The position numbers were made by a program, and so were the translations under genes. From contig CP070993.1 of NCBI GenBank assembly GCA_017134395.1, positions 189,656-253,655 of the forward strand: a stretch of 64,000 bases of DNA. Direction: 5' to 3'. The notes beneath the pieces were generated by a model. That model made no database searches, was not told where the DNA came from, and was given only the letters and a program-made list of their open reading frames with translations. Source of the DNA: Candidatus Kaiserbacteria bacterium (lineage in GTDB: Bacteria > Patescibacteriota > Minisyncoccia > Phycocordibacterales > UBA2100). Position 1 is the stretch's first letter, and each line of letters opens with the position of its first letter. Below are positions 47,419 through 57,845 of the stretch, piece after piece.

Positions 47419-48891
47419 GTGATGGCTATAAACAATATGCAGATAAAGCCAATTCTTTTTTATAATACTCTATCGAGAGAAACTGAGACTTTTAAAAGCC
47501 TTAAGGAAGGTAAGGTTCGACTGTATAGCTGTGGGCCAACTGTTTACGACCGCGGGCATATTGGCAACATGCGCTCGTATGTACTATCTGACATTATTCG
47601 ACGGACGCTTGAATACAACGGGTACGAGGTACAGCAGGTTATAAATATAACTGACGTTGGACATTTGACTGGTGATAATGAAGGGGACGCAGATACTGGT
47701 GAAGACCGTCTGGAAAAAGCAGCGGCCAACTTAGGTGAGTCAGCACAAGATATTGCGAAGAAATATACTGAACTCTTTTTCACAGACATACAACGTCTTA
47801 ACATTGATACCGAAAAAGTAGAATTCCCTCGTGCTACTGAATACATCAACGAGCAGATAGCGATGATTCAGACGCTAGAAGATATTGGTTATGCATATAA
47901 AACATCTGATGGCATATATTACGACACATCCATGTTCAAAGACTACGGAAAATTAGGTGGTATCAATACTGGCGCATTAGAAGAAGGTGCTCGCGTCGAA
48001 GCAAACAAAGAGAAACGCAATCCGACAGATTTTGCATTATGGAAGTTTTCTAGCCCAGACCAACAACGACAACAAGAATGGGAGTCACCATGGGGTATTG
48101 GTTTTCCTGGTTGGCATATTGAATGTTCTGCAATGAGCCGTGCTCTTCTTGGGCGTCAAATTGATATACACACTGGAGGAATCGACCACATCCCTGTTCA
48201 TCACAACAATGAAATTGCCCAAAGCGAAGTAGTGAATAAAAAGAAATTTGTTAATTACTGGTTACATAATGCATTTATAAATGTAGAAGGCCGGCGCATG
48301 GGTAAGTCAATCGGAAACCTTATAAGTCTCGACCAGGTTATCGACCGTGGCTTCTCTCCCCTTTCATACCGATACTGGCTTCTTACCGCACACTACAGAA
48401 CTCCTGCAAACTTCACGTGGGATGCGCTTGAGGGCTCACACACAGCGCTAAAGAAACTGCACAGATATTTTGTAGATGAACTGAATGTTGCACTCGGTGT
48501 TGTAGATTCAAAATACAAAGAACAATTCCATACATTTATAAATTCAGATTTAGATACACCAAAGGCCATCGCCTTGGTATGGGAGCTTGTTAAAGATGAT
48601 TCTGTCTCGGTGGAAGACAAACGCGCGACACTTCTAGACTTCGATACCGTTCTTGGCCTTGGGTTAAATGAATCTGATGAGTCAATGGTAAAACTTCTAC
48701 ATGGCGGTGGTCAAAAACTCTCTGTTTCAGATATCCCTACAAACGTAAAAGTAATCATAGACGAGCGTGAACACGCACGAGAACAAAAGGATTTCAAAAA
48801 AGCTGATGAACTGCGAGAGCAATTGGATGCAGAGGGGTATGAAATAGAAGATACTGATGAGGGACCAAAACTATCAAAAAAAGAGGCGTAG
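47419..48891 (+). CDS. cysS: Cysteine--tRNA ligase
   Basis: Y.CGPTVY...HIGN.R, DFALWK, G.PGWHIECSAM, H..EIAQSE, RMGKS.GN. Confidence 0.97.
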   Translation: MMAINNMQIKPILFYNTLSRETETFKSLKEGKVRLYSCGPTVYDRGHIGNMRSYVLSDIIRRTLEYNGYEVQQVINITDVGHLTGDNEGDADTGEDRLEKAAANLGESAQDIAKKYTELFFTDIQRLNIDTEKVEFPRATEYINEQIAMIQTLEDIGYAYKTSDGIYYDTSMFKDYGKLGGINTGALEEGARVEANKEKRNPTDFALWKFSSPDQQRQQEWESPWGIGFPGWHIECSAMSRALLGRQIDIHTGGIDHIPVHHNNEIAQSEVVNKKKFVNYWLHNAFINVEGRRMGKSIGNLISLDQVIDRGFSPLSYRYWLLTAHYRTPANFTWDALEGSHTALKKLHRYFVDELNVALGVVDSKYKEQFHTFINSDLDTPKAIALVWELVKDDSVSVEDKRATLLDFDTVLGLGLNESDESMVKLLHGGGQKLSVSDIPTNVKVIIDEREHAREQKDFKKADELREQLDAEGYEIEDTDEGPKLSKKEA

Positions 48892-48996
48892 ACATTCCCT
48901 TAACACAGCCTTATTTGAGTACTATCCACACGCGATTCACATACCCCCATGTCGTCAATAGTGGGGTCGGAAGATGGAACGTGCTAAAATCTCTGC

Positions 48997-50379
48997 ATGA
49001 CTGAGACTCGTATACCACCACAAGATCTAGAATCCGAACGCGCTCTTCTTGGTGCGATAATGCTCAAGCCAAATGCTATGTACGACATGTCAGACATGGT
49101 TGTACCTGATTCTTTCTATGCAGCAAAACACGGAATTATATTTGAGGGAATGCTCGCACTCTTTAACAAAGGTGAACCTATCGATCTCGTTACCCTATCT
49201 GGAAACCTTGAGTCACAAAAGAAACTTGAACAAATTGGTGGTCGCGGATACCTATCAGAACTTGCAGGAGCAGCACCAGCTGCAACAAACGCACTGCACT
49301 ATGCTCAAGCTGTAAAAGCAAAACACATTCACCGCGAACTGATTACCGCAGCGGACTATATTGGAGAACTCGGGTACAAAGAAGATGGTGAAATAGACAA
49401 GCTTCTAGACGAAGCACAATCTACAATTTTTCAGATTGCGAATACTTCTACGCTACAAAAATTTGTTTCAATTGGTGAAGAGTTGAAAGATGCATGGAAA
49501 CGACTGGAGTCACTCCAAGAAAATAAAGATGAAATTCGTGGTATCCACACTGGCTTCAAAGATTTAGATAACTTACTTGCTGGATTTCAGAAGTCAGACC
49601 TCATTATTTTAGCCGCTCGCCCTTCTATGGGTAAGACATCTTTGGCGCTAGATATCGCCCGACAAACTGCCATCAAGCATGGCAATTCAGTCGGTTTCTT
49701 CTCATTGGAAATGTCCGCGCAGCAGCTAACTGACCGAATGCTTGCATCAGAATCTAACGTAAATGGTTGGCGTTTGCGTACAGGCAATTTATCGTCTGAC
49801 GAAGAATACGACCGTCTTCGTAATGGTATGGATCGCCTCTCTTCGGCACCAATTTATATTGACGACAAGTCAGAACGTACCGTGTTACAAATGCGTTCAA
49901 TAGCACGACGTCTTAAAGCGGAAAAAGGTCTTTCGTTAATTGTTGTTGATTACCTACAACTTATTGTTCCTGGTGCAACTCGCCAAAGTGATTCTATGGT
50001 GCAACAGGTAACTGAAATATCCCGTTCTCTTAAGGGGATGGCTCGTGAACTTGATGTGCCAGTTCTTGCCCTCTCACAACTTTCTCGTGCTGTAGAACAA
50101 CGCCGTGATCACCCACGTCTTTCTGACCTTCGTGACTCAGGTTCTATTGAGCAAGATGCCGATGTGGTGATGTTTATTCACCGCGATGACAAAATGAACG
50201 ATAACTCAGACCGCCCTAACATTGCTGATATTATGGTTGAAAAGCACCGAAACGGTCCCGTAGGACGTATTGAGCTCTACTTCAACGATGAACAAGCAAC
50301 GTTCAACACAATCGAAAAAAATGACTTTGGAGATTTTGCTGAAAGTAATGACACTAATAATCAGAACGATGAATTCTAG
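48997..50379 (+). CDS. dnaB: Replicative DNA helicase
   Basis: AARPSMGKT, FSLEMS, VDYLQL, LSQLSR..E.R, SDLRDSGSIEQDAD, KHRNGP. Confidence 0.98.
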   Translation: MTETRIPPQDLESERALLGAIMLKPNAMYDMSDMVVPDSFYAAKHGIIFEGMLALFNKGEPIDLVTLSGNLESQKKLEQIGGRGYLSELAGAAPAATNALHYAQAVKAKHIHRELITAADYIGELGYKEDGEIDKLLDEAQSTIFQIANTSTLQKFVSIGEELKDAWKRLESLQENKDEIRGIHTGFKDLDNLLAGFQKSDLIILAARPSMGKTSLALDIARQTAIKHGNSVGFFSLEMSAQQLTDRMLASESNVNGWRLRTGNLSSDEEYDRLRNGMDRLSSAPIYIDDKSERTVLQMRSIARRLKAEKGLSLIVVDYLQLIVPGATRQSDSMVQQVTEISRSLKGMARELDVPVLALSQLSRAVEQRRDHPRLSDLRDSGSIEQDADVVMFIHRDDKMNDNSDRPNIADIMVEKHRNGPVGRIELYFNDEQATFNTIEKNDFGDFAESNDTNNQNDEF

Positions 50380-50390
50380 GATGTTTTAGT

Positions 50391-50996
50391 ATGAACGATC
50401 TCGATACACTCACAGAACTATTTACCCAATTCCCTGGTATAGGCCCGAGACAAGCGCGGCGGTTTGTTTTTTTCTTACTGCGCCAGAATGAGGGATACCG
50501 CAATACATTTATACGAGCTATTCAAAATACTGCCGCACAGGTAAAACAATGTTCTCGCTGTCTACGATATGCGCAGCTACACGTTAAGACCCCAATATGC
50601 GACCTGTGTGCTGATTCAAGCCGTGCCGATGATCTACTCATGCTTGTTGAGAAAGATACCGATGTTGAGCAAATGGAGAAAAGTGGTGCGTACACTGGAC
50701 GATACTTTGTTCTTGGTGGAACATTTTCACTAACTGGCAAAAAGAGCTACATACGTGAAAAAGAACTTACTGCTTTTTTAAAGAAACATGGGTTTGGACT
50801 TACAGAAATAATTCTCGCCCTTTCTGCAACGCCTGATGGAGAGTACACAACCGACTATCTCACTACTAAATTTAAAGAAGACCCTGAACTAACTGGGGCA
50901 ACGGTAACTGTTCTTGGACGTGGCCTTTCAACTGGTTCTGAGCTTGAATATGCTGATGCTGCTACTTTGAAGCAGGCGTTGAAAAACAGAGTCTAA
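50391..50996 (+). CDS. recR: Recombination mediator RecR
   Basis: PGIG.R.A.R, C4 zinc finger, Y.G.YFVLGG, EIILA...T.DG..T, G.ELEYAD..TL..A. Confidence 0.93.
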   Translation: MNDLDTLTELFTQFPGIGPRQARRFVFFLLRQNEGYRNTFIRAIQNTAAQVKQCSRCLRYAQLHVKTPICDLCADSSRADDLLMLVEKDTDVEQMEKSGAYTGRYFVLGGTFSLTGKKSYIREKELTAFLKKHGFGLTEIILALSATPDGEYTTDYLTTKFKEDPELTGATVTVLGRGLSTGSELEYADAATLKQALKNRV

Positions 50997-51025
50997 AAAG
51001 CGCTGCCAGAGGCAGCGCTTTTTTT
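50995..51025. terminator. Bidirectional terminator between recR and rplU
   Basis: AAAAAGCGCTGCC-AGA-GGCAGCGCTTTTT. Confidence 0.85.
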
Positions 51026-51047
51026 ATATACAAGTAATTTATTTTGG

Positions 51048-51482
51048 TTACCCTATCTTTGTGATCTTTACGCGGGTATACGGTTGTCGATGTCCTCGGT
51101 TCTTGAAGTAGCGACTCTTTGAACGGAAGCGAATAACAGATATTTTTCTCTCTCGTGCGTTCTCAACAAATTCAGCAGTTACCTTCGCACCTGAAACAGT
51201 TGGCTCTCCTACCTTGGTTGTTTTGCCGTCATCTACAAGAAGTACTTCAGTAAACTCAATCTTTGCCCCTTCTTTGTGCTCGCCATCTAATTTTTCAACA
51301 TTAAGCGCATCTCCTTCACGAACAATATATTGCTTACCTCCAGTTGCAATCACTGCAAAAGAGCTAGACTTTTTTGCAGCCTCTTTCTTAGGTGTAGCTT
51401 TCTTAGCTGCTACTTTCTTAGCAGCACTCTTGGGTGTTGCCTTTTTTTCGTCTTCTTTCTTTGTAACCTTCTTTTCAGCCAT
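51048..51482 (-). CDS. rplU: 50S ribosomal protein L21 with Lys/Ala-rich N-terminal extension
   Basis: FAVI.TGGKQY.V..GD...VEKL, G.P.V.GAKV.A, GHRQP.T.VKI. Confidence 0.96.
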   Translation of the reverse strand: MAEKKVTKKEDEKKATPKSAAKKVAAKKATPKKEAAKKSSSFAVIATGGKQYIVREGDALNVEKLDGEHKEGAKIEFTEVLLVDDGKTTKVGEPTVSGAKVTAEFVENARERKISVIRFRSKSRYFKNRGHRQPYTRVKITKIG

Positions 51483-51556
51483 AGTGGCGCAATATTACCA
51501 GAAGGGTTCAAAAAAGCAACGGGTACGGGCTATTTCTTAGAATGATTAGAACCCCA

Positions 51557-52606
51557 CTAGTCTTCTCTGTTTGGTTTTTCGATGCTTTCTATCTCAATCC
51601 CAGGCGCTGTACCGGTTATACGAAGAACGTCTTTATCTACCTTACCAAGCTCCTTATACCCCGCATTATAGTGGTTTACCGTAGTAGAAAGTGAGTTGCC
51701 GAGCTTTTCGTAATAGTCATCATACTTTTCGATATGCTTTCCGAGCTTGCTCACGTTTTTGATGATATCTTTTGCTTTCTCTTCTATATCCATCGCCTTG
51801 AGACCTTGCAATACTGTCTGCAAATACGCTAAAAATGACGTAGGAGACACAATGATGACCTTATGTGTTCCCGCGGCGCGTTGTATTAAACTTTCATCCC
51901 CTGTCCCAACTTTGTTGGATAGTAATTCGTAGTAAATTCCCTCAGACGGAATAAACATAAAAGCAAATTCTGTCGTCCCTTCTTCTGGGCGAATATATTT
52001 TGAAGTTTCTGTAATACGAAGTTTGAGGTCGTTCACAAATGCCTTTTCAAACTGCACTCGCTCTGTTTCGTCCTTTGCCTCAACCATTCTATTGTAATTC
52101 TCAAGAGAGAATTTTGAATCAATCGGAACTACTTTGTCCTTTACGAATACAACAGCATCTACAATCTCTTTATCCGGAAAGCTATACTGCATTCTAAAAC
52201 TATCAGGAGGAAGAACATTCTGTAATACTGACTCTAAATAATACTCGCCCAAGATTCCTCGCTGTTTCGGATTCTTCAAAACATCCTGTAGTTGCCGCAA
52301 TTGCTCGGTAAAAGACACTACTTGTTTATTAGTTTCTTCCAGACGGGTAAGTTTCTCAGTAACGTCCCCTACTACTTTCTGCGAACTCCGAAGCTGCTCA
52401 CGCATACTTTCGTTTATGTCTCGTGTACTGTCCCCTATTTTTCGGTCAAACAAATCACGGAGGCCATGAATCTCTTTCTGCAAAAAATCAACCCCATTAT
52501 CAGGCTTGGTATTTTTAGTGCTCCGTATGAAGTACCACAGAACAAGCGCGTTGCTTGCAACAATTATAACGGCGAGGCCAATGAGTACCATTGTTACAGA
52601 AGTCAT
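51557..52606 (-). CDS. rmuC: DNA recombination protein RmuC
   Basis: N-terminal TM, K.RG..GE..LE..L, PIDSKF, FA.MFIPSEG.Y, SP.S..A.L; start likely ATG 52606. Confidence 0.93.
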   Translation of the reverse strand: MTSVTMVLIGLAVIIVASNALVLWYFIRSTKNTKPDNGVDFLQKEIHGLRDLFDRKIGDSTRDINESMREQLRSSQKVVGDVTEKLTRLEETNKQVVSFTEQLRQLQDVLKNPKQRGILGEYYLESVLQNVLPPDSFRMQYSFPDKEIVDAVVFVKDKVVPIDSKFSLENYNRMVEAKDETERVQFEKAFVNDLKLRITETSKYIRPEEGTTEFAFMFIPSEGIYYELLSNKVGTGDESLIQRAAGTHKVIIVSPTSFLAYLQTVLQGLKAMDIEEKAKDIIKNVSKLGKHIEKYDDYYEKLGNSLSTTVNHYNAGYKELGKVDKDVLRITGTAPGIEIESIEKPNRED

Positions 52607-52648
52607 GATGCTAGTATACCAAAACAATACTCTTTCCCTATATGCGTA

Positions 52649-55318
52649 TTAACGCCGTGACTTCTTTTCTTTAAATATAAAATGTTTTGCAATTTCTACA
52701 CCAATTAAACTTGCAAAGCCTAAGCTAAACAAAACGGCTAATTCTTGGAGAGATAGCGGCCGTAATGAGAGTAATTGCTGCATTGGTGTCACCGAGATGA
52801 CGAACAAAAGAAGTGTTGAGTTTATCGCAAATGCTCCTAATAAAAACTTGTTTGAGAAAAAATTGATGCGCCAAAATGGTTGAGAAAGATCACGAAATGC
52901 AAACGCAAAGAGAATAGAATCTATTGAAAGCATGATGAATATGATGGTTCTGATTTTGTCGATGTGCACTCCTACAGATAAGAGAATGAAAAAGAGCCCA
53001 AGGAGCGTCACACCGGTGATTATACTGACGGAAAAAATAAACCAACGGGCTTGTTTTGTGAGAATACTCCGTACACCTCGCTTCCCTGGCTTTTGTTTCA
53101 TTGCACCTTTCTCCTTTGGTTCAAAGGCTAACGGGAAACTCATGAATCCTTCTCCGATAATATTCGCCCAAAGAATTTGTGTTGGAAGTAATGGCAGTGG
53201 AGCGCCAGCTGCGAGTGAGCCTCCTATTACTATAATTTCACTGAAGCTCGTCGAAAGAAGGGACGCTACAATTTTTCGTAAATTTGCAGTAATTCGCCTT
53301 CCCTCACCAATAGCAGCGGTTATCACAGAGAAACTATTGTCGATAAGAATAAGATCGGCTGCCGCTTTGGCAACGTCTGTTCCGCTCCCTACGGCAATAC
53401 CAATGTCTGCTGCGGCAAGCGCTGGTGCGTCATTTACGCCGTCTCCTGTCATAGCTACTACCTCTTTTGCATTTCGAAGTAACCGCGCAACACGCAATTT
53501 CTGCTCAGGTAGGACTCGGGCAATTATCTTGTGTGAATTGAGTGCTTTTAATAATTGTTTATCGTCCATCTCACTTATCATGACGCCAGTGAGCACAGGG
53601 GCGTCAGTACGTGTATCGATTCCAACTTCCCTTGCAATAGCACGAGCTGTCTCTGGATAGTCTCCTGTTGCCATAATAACCCTTGTTCCTGCACTCTTTG
53701 CCTCCTTAATAGCTTGCGCAACATCTGGCCTTACTGCGTCACGAAATGCCAATAATCCAACAAATACAAACTGATGTTTTTTTGATGGCTTAAGGACTTC
53801 ATCGGGAACTGTATCACTCGCTGTTTTTATATACGCAATCGCAGTAAAGCGCATACCCTCAGAAGAAATCTTTTTTTGTATTTCTGAGAATTTCTTTCGT
53901 GTCACTTCATCCATTTTGCGCTCTCGCCCGTTTAGGAAATATTTATCTGAGTTAGCGAGGAGGTGCTCAGGCGAACCCGACAAATACACTCTATTACCCT
54001 TTTGAGGGCAATTATTTAGCGATATAGCATATCGACGTGACGATTCGAATTGGACAAAATCAATACGTTCAAATCCATTCAAAAATAAATCAGCCTGAGA
54101 CAATCCCGCTTCTAAACCACCTTCCATTATTGCCTTCTCAATAGGCCTGCCTCTGACAAGTAATTTCCCTGCCTCTTCTGGATCCTCCTCAACAAATGCA
54201 TCGGATGAGAGAACAGCCATTCGTAATAATTCTTTATTATCGGAAATTGCCGCAGTTTCATTTTGCTCTATCCCAGAAAAAGTATAGAGACCACTCAAAA
54301 TCATTCTTCCTTGCGTGAGCGTTCCTGTTTTGTCTGTCAAAATAACGGTGGTTGAGCCAAGGGTTTCCGCTGCGAGCAGATTCTTTACCAATCCACCTTT
54401 TCGCAGTACTGCTTCCATACCGATAGCGAGCACGACAGTAACTGCAGCAGGAAGACCTTCGGGCATCGCGGCAACCGCTACCGCTATAGCAAGAAGAAGC
54501 ATTGATGATATAGGTTCACCTCGCAACAATCCAAGGGCGAGAATGATGACGAGTGCAAAACCTACCATCCCCATTAAAAATCGAGCAATTTTCTGAATAT
54601 TCTTTTGCAATGGAGTCAGTGAATCCATTGCATCATGAGTACTTTTTGCTATCTCACCAAATCGAGCACTCTCGCCTGTCGCAACCACAATCCCTGTCGC
54701 ACTTCCTTCTGCAACAAGTGTACCCATCCATGCAATGTTTCTTTGTTCAGATGGCGGGAGCGCACGCCCAAGAGAAGTGTGTAACTTTTCAACAGGAAGC
54801 CACTCCCCTGTTAGAGCAGCTTCATTCACCGCAAAATTCTTAACCTCAAGTAAACGTATGTCTGCAGGTATCATCGTACCTCCTTGTAAAAACACTATGT
54901 CGCCAGGAACTAAAGACTCTGCAGCAACCACTTGCTGCTTCCCCATACGTAATACTGTTGCGTACTTTTCTTGAGATTTCTCTAACGCTTCAAATACGCG
55001 AGCTGCCTTACCTTCCTGTAGTACTCCAACAACGACATTAATGATTACCGCTACAATAATAACTGTCGTGTCTAAATAGGCACCTAAAAAGATAGTTGCA
55101 GCACCCGCTGCTAACAAGACGAGCGAAAGCGGACTTCGCAACTGCTTCAGTACTGCATCAATGAGATAGAACCCTTGGTCTTTGGGAAGTGCGTTTGGAC
55201 CATATTGCTTTTGTCCTTTCTCTAATTGTTTTTGAGTAAGTCCATAGTCTTTGTCTGTTCCAAATAGTGCCAGGACCTTATCTCCTGTAAAACTGTGCCA
55301 CGCTTTAGAATGTTGCAT
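52649..55318 (-). CDS. P-type (P2, Ca2+/cation-transporting) ATPase
   Basis: LTGE, PEGLP, phosphorylation site DKTGTLT, TGD, MTGDGVNDAPAL, QILW.N. Confidence 0.95.
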   Translation of the reverse strand: MQHSKAWHSFTGDKVLALFGTDKDYGLTQKQLEKGQKQYGPNALPKDQGFYLIDAVLKQLRSPLSLVLLAAGAATIFLGAYLDTTVIIVAVIINVVVGVLQEGKAARVFEALEKSQEKYATVLRMGKQQVVAAESLVPGDIVFLQGGTMIPADIRLLEVKNFAVNEAALTGEWLPVEKLHTSLGRALPPSEQRNIAWMGTLVAEGSATGIVVATGESARFGEIAKSTHDAMDSLTPLQKNIQKIARFLMGMVGFALVIILALGLLRGEPISSMLLLAIAVAVAAMPEGLPAAVTVVLAIGMEAVLRKGGLVKNLLAAETLGSTTVILTDKTGTLTQGRMILSGLYTFSGIEQNETAAISDNKELLRMAVLSSDAFVEEDPEEAGKLLVRGRPIEKAIMEGGLEAGLSQADLFLNGFERIDFVQFESSRRYAISLNNCPQKGNRVYLSGSPEHLLANSDKYFLNGRERKMDEVTRKKFSEIQKKISSEGMRFTAIAYIKTASDTVPDEVLKPSKKHQFVFVGLLAFRDAVRPDVAQAIKEAKSAGTRVIMATGDYPETARAIAREVGIDTRTDAPVLTGVMISEMDDKQLLKALNSHKIIARVLPEQKLRVARLLRNAKEVVAMTGDGVNDAPALAAADIGIAVGSGTDVAKAAADLILIDNSFSVITAAIGEGRRITANLRKIVASLLSTSFSEIIVIGGSLAAGAPLPLLPTQILWANIIGEGFMSFPLAFEPKEKGAMKQKPGKRGVRSILTKQARWFIFSVSIITGVTLLGLFFILLSVGVHIDKIRTIIFIMLSIDSILFAFAFRDLSQPFWRINFFSNKFLLGAFAINSTLLLFVISVTPMQQLLSLRPLSLQELAVLFSLGFASLIGVEIAKHFIFKEKKSRR

Positions 55319-55372
55319 ATTGCTAGTATTGTACCATTCAACTCCTCCGTAAAATTGATATAATACACATAT

Positions 55373-55825
55373 ATGTTACATACCCAACTTAAAGAAGACA
55401 TGAAGACCGCACTAAAATCGAGAGAAGAACTTCGCCTCTCTACATTACGTGGTCTTTTGAGCGCACTTACAAATGAACTCGTTGCACAAAGAAGAAAGCC
55501 TGATGAACTACTCGAAGACGATGGGGTTCTCTCAGTGATAAAACGAGCAGTGAAACAGAGAAAGGATTCTATTGAACAATTTGATAAAGGTGGTCGCACT
55601 GACCTTGCCGATAAAGAGAGGAGTGAAATGGAAGTTCTCGAAGAGTATCTTCCTGCACAAATGTCGAGAGAAGATGTGGAGACAGCTGTCGTCCGCGTAC
55701 TCGAAACAATGCCTGATGCAGAGTTAAGTAAAGCGGGGATTGTTGTCGGTGCTGTTATGAAAGAACTACAAGGCAATGCAGATGGTACGGTGGTAAAAGA
55801 AGTTGTCACCGAAAAACTCTCATAA
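55373..55825 (+). CDS. GatB/YqeY domain protein
   Basis: L..DMK.A.K, KQRKDSIEQF..GGR.DLA.KE..E..VL..YLP.Q. Confidence 0.95.
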   Translation: MLHTQLKEDMKTALKSREELRLSTLRGLLSALTNELVAQRRKPDELLEDDGVLSVIKRAVKQRKDSIEQFDKGGRTDLADKERSEMEVLEEYLPAQMSREDVETAVVRVLETMPDAELSKAGIVVGAVMKELQGNADGTVVKEVVTEKLS

Positions 55826-55853
55826 TATCGACTGTAGTCACAGACGCACGTAC

Positions 55854-55890
55854 ATACCCACTTAGGACATCGGATGTCCTAAGTGGGTAT
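55854..55890. repeat. Near-perfect 37-bp palindrome (REP-like element / terminator)
   Basis: ATACCCACTTAGGACATC-G-GATGTCCTAAGTGGGTAT, 18-bp arms, between convergent genes. Confidence 0.8.
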
Positions 55891-55896
55891 ATTGCT

Positions 55897-57102
55897 TTAG
55901 CGTATTTTCATCTTTGCATTAAGACCAAGCATAAACAAAGCAACGAAGGCTGCTATTACGAACGCGATACGCATATCTAAATAGAGTACAAGAACTGCCA
56001 TAAGGAGAAGCATGACAATGCGCCCAACAGAAAGTGCCATTTCTTTCAGTGCGGTGTATTCATCTACATATCTACCATTGTCCGCTGCCTGCTCATAGGT
56101 GGTAGCATCGAATGAAAGAGAGTTAACAGTTCGTCCAAAGTTGTGATAACTGTCAGCTGCAAAAACCTCAAACGGCGTCTGAACAAATATTTTTGTGACC
56201 CACCCTGTTGTCGCCATAATCACTCCAACCCACAGCATTCGTTTCTGACTCCAGGTGTCAAAAAGTTTGCCTACAAATGTCCGTAATGCAATAACAACCA
56301 CAACAGTGAGTGACGCAATGATACCCAGTACGGTAAATCGCTCGTCAAGTAGCGTGAAGATGTAAATTGGCCAAAAGAGAGTTATCGCCATGCCTTGTGC
56401 GCCATTTGCGAAATTTGCAATAAACAAAGATCGATTTCCATGGGCAAACAAATGTTGAAATGTTTCCATATATCCCCAACTATACCGTTCGTACGTGTGA
56501 CTCATAAACCACAACGGAATCATCGCAAAAACCATTATGAAAATGGAGAAAAGAAACACGGCATCAAACCCGGCAGATGAGATAATCAAACCACCAATCG
56601 TTGGTACTGCAATAAGTACGACACTCGCGGTGTTGCGCAATATAGCCAGTTGCCTTCCGCGCATTGATTTATCAAGGCCATTAGAAAAATCGACGTGATA
56701 AGGAACCCAGTAAAGTGCACGATACGCAGCAATAAATAAAATATACAGTACCGTTACATATTCTGGATTACGTGGGAACAAATAAAGTGCCACTATAGAA
56801 AGCACCGCGAATACAAGACCGAGCATTATCATTCGACGTGTTCCTATTATTCCGAGGAGTCTCGAACTTAATGGAGTCAATAAAAGATGCAGCCCGTAAA
56901 TGGACACAAAAATTGCAATAACCAATTGGAGATCATAATTGAACTCTCGAAAAAAAAAGATTGGAAGAAAAACCCCAAGTGCACCAAGAGAAATTCGCAT
57001 CAACGTGCGGCTTGCATACAGTGCCACGAGATCTCGTGAAAAGTGCGTTTTCTTATATAGTGCGTGCACTACTTTCTCTGCCTTATCTTGGAGTTCATCC
57101 AT
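55897..57102 (-). CDS. MFS transporter
   Basis: About 12 TM helices, G...G.R and G.L.D loop motifs, RGRQ, P.IGG. Confidence 0.85.
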   Translation of the reverse strand: MDELQDKAEKVVHALYKKTHFSRDLVALYASRTLMRISLGALGVFLPIFFFREFNYDLQLVIAIFVSIYGLHLLLTPLSSRLLGIIGTRRMIMLGLVFAVLSIVALYLFPRNPEYVTVLYILFIAAYRALYWVPYHVDFSNGLDKSMRGRQLAILRNTASVVLIAVPTIGGLIISSAGFDAVFLFSIFIMVFAMIPLWFMSHTYERYSWGYMETFQHLFAHGNRSLFIANFANGAQGMAITLFWPIYIFTLLDERFTVLGIIASLTVVVVIALRTFVGKLFDTWSQKRMLWVGVIMATTGWVTKIFVQTPFEVFAADSYHNFGRTVNSLSFDATTYEQAADNGRYVDEYTALKEMALSVGRIVMLLLMAVLVLYLDMRIAFVIAAFVALFMLGLNAKMKIR

Positions 57103-57149
57103 AGAAATTAATTATATAGCACTGCAGCGTAATATTTTGAGCAATACAC

Positions 57150-57181
57150 AATAACCCTTCGCGTAAGCGAAGGGTTATTTC
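57150..57181 (-). terminator. Terminator after ahpC
   Basis: AATAACCCTTCGC-GTAA-GCGAAGGGTTATT. Confidence 0.75.
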
Positions 57182-57198
57182 TGTTTAGAGGGCGGTTC

Positions 57199-57804
57199 TT
57201 AAATCTTTCCCACAAGATCTAAACCAGGTTCAAGCGTATCGTCTCCTGGATTCCAGTTTGACGGGCACACTTTCCCATCGTGTTCAGCAACAAATTTGGC
57301 CGCCTGAATCTTTCGCAACGTCTCTTGCACATTCCGTCCAATGTCATTGTCATGTATTTCAGCAACGCGAATAACGCCTTCTGGGTCGATAATAAATGTC
57401 CCACGAAGTGCTACACCCTCGTCAGCAACATGTACACCAAATGCGTGTGATAATTCATGTGTTGGGTCAGCTGCCATCGGGTACGTAATCTTGCTTATAG
57501 CGTCCGATGCATCGTGCCATGCCTTGTGTACGAAAATTGTGTCAGTTGATACCGAAATCACCTCAGCTCCTTCTGCTTGGAATTTTTCGTATAGTTTTGC
57601 AAGATCTTCAAGCTCTGTTGGGCACACAAACGTGAAGTCAGCGGGATAAAAGAAGAGGACAGTCCACTTACCGTGTAAGTCACTCATGCTCATCTTTTTT
57701 GTCTTTTCGTCTTGAAATACTTCAAATTCAAAGTTGGGTACAGAATCACCTACGGTCAGCGGTCCAAAAAGTTCAAATTCGTCATACGTGTCGTTTGGTT
57801 CCAT
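57199..57804 (-). CDS. ahpC: 2-Cys peroxiredoxin AhpC
   Basis: FFYPADFTFVCPTE, RGTFIIDP.G, GRN..E.LR, VCP.NW.PG. Confidence 0.96.
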   Translation of the reverse strand: MEPNDTYDEFELFGPLTVGDSVPNFEFEVFQDEKTKKMSMSDLHGKWTVLFFYPADFTFVCPTELEDLAKLYEKFQAEGAEVISVSTDTIFVHKAWHDASDAISKITYPMAADPTHELSHAFGVHVADEGVALRGTFIIDPEGVIRVAEIHDNDIGRNVQETLRKIQAAKFVAEHDGKVCPSNWNPGDDTLEPGLDLVGKI

Positions 57805-57845
57805 AATATATTGTATCTAGTGAGTAACGGCTATATAGTAACATA

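Noticed and set aside
52932-53660. 242-aa antisense ORF (and similar ones opposite dnaK and clpB)
   Set aside because: Shadow ORFs opposite conserved genes, expected from codon structure
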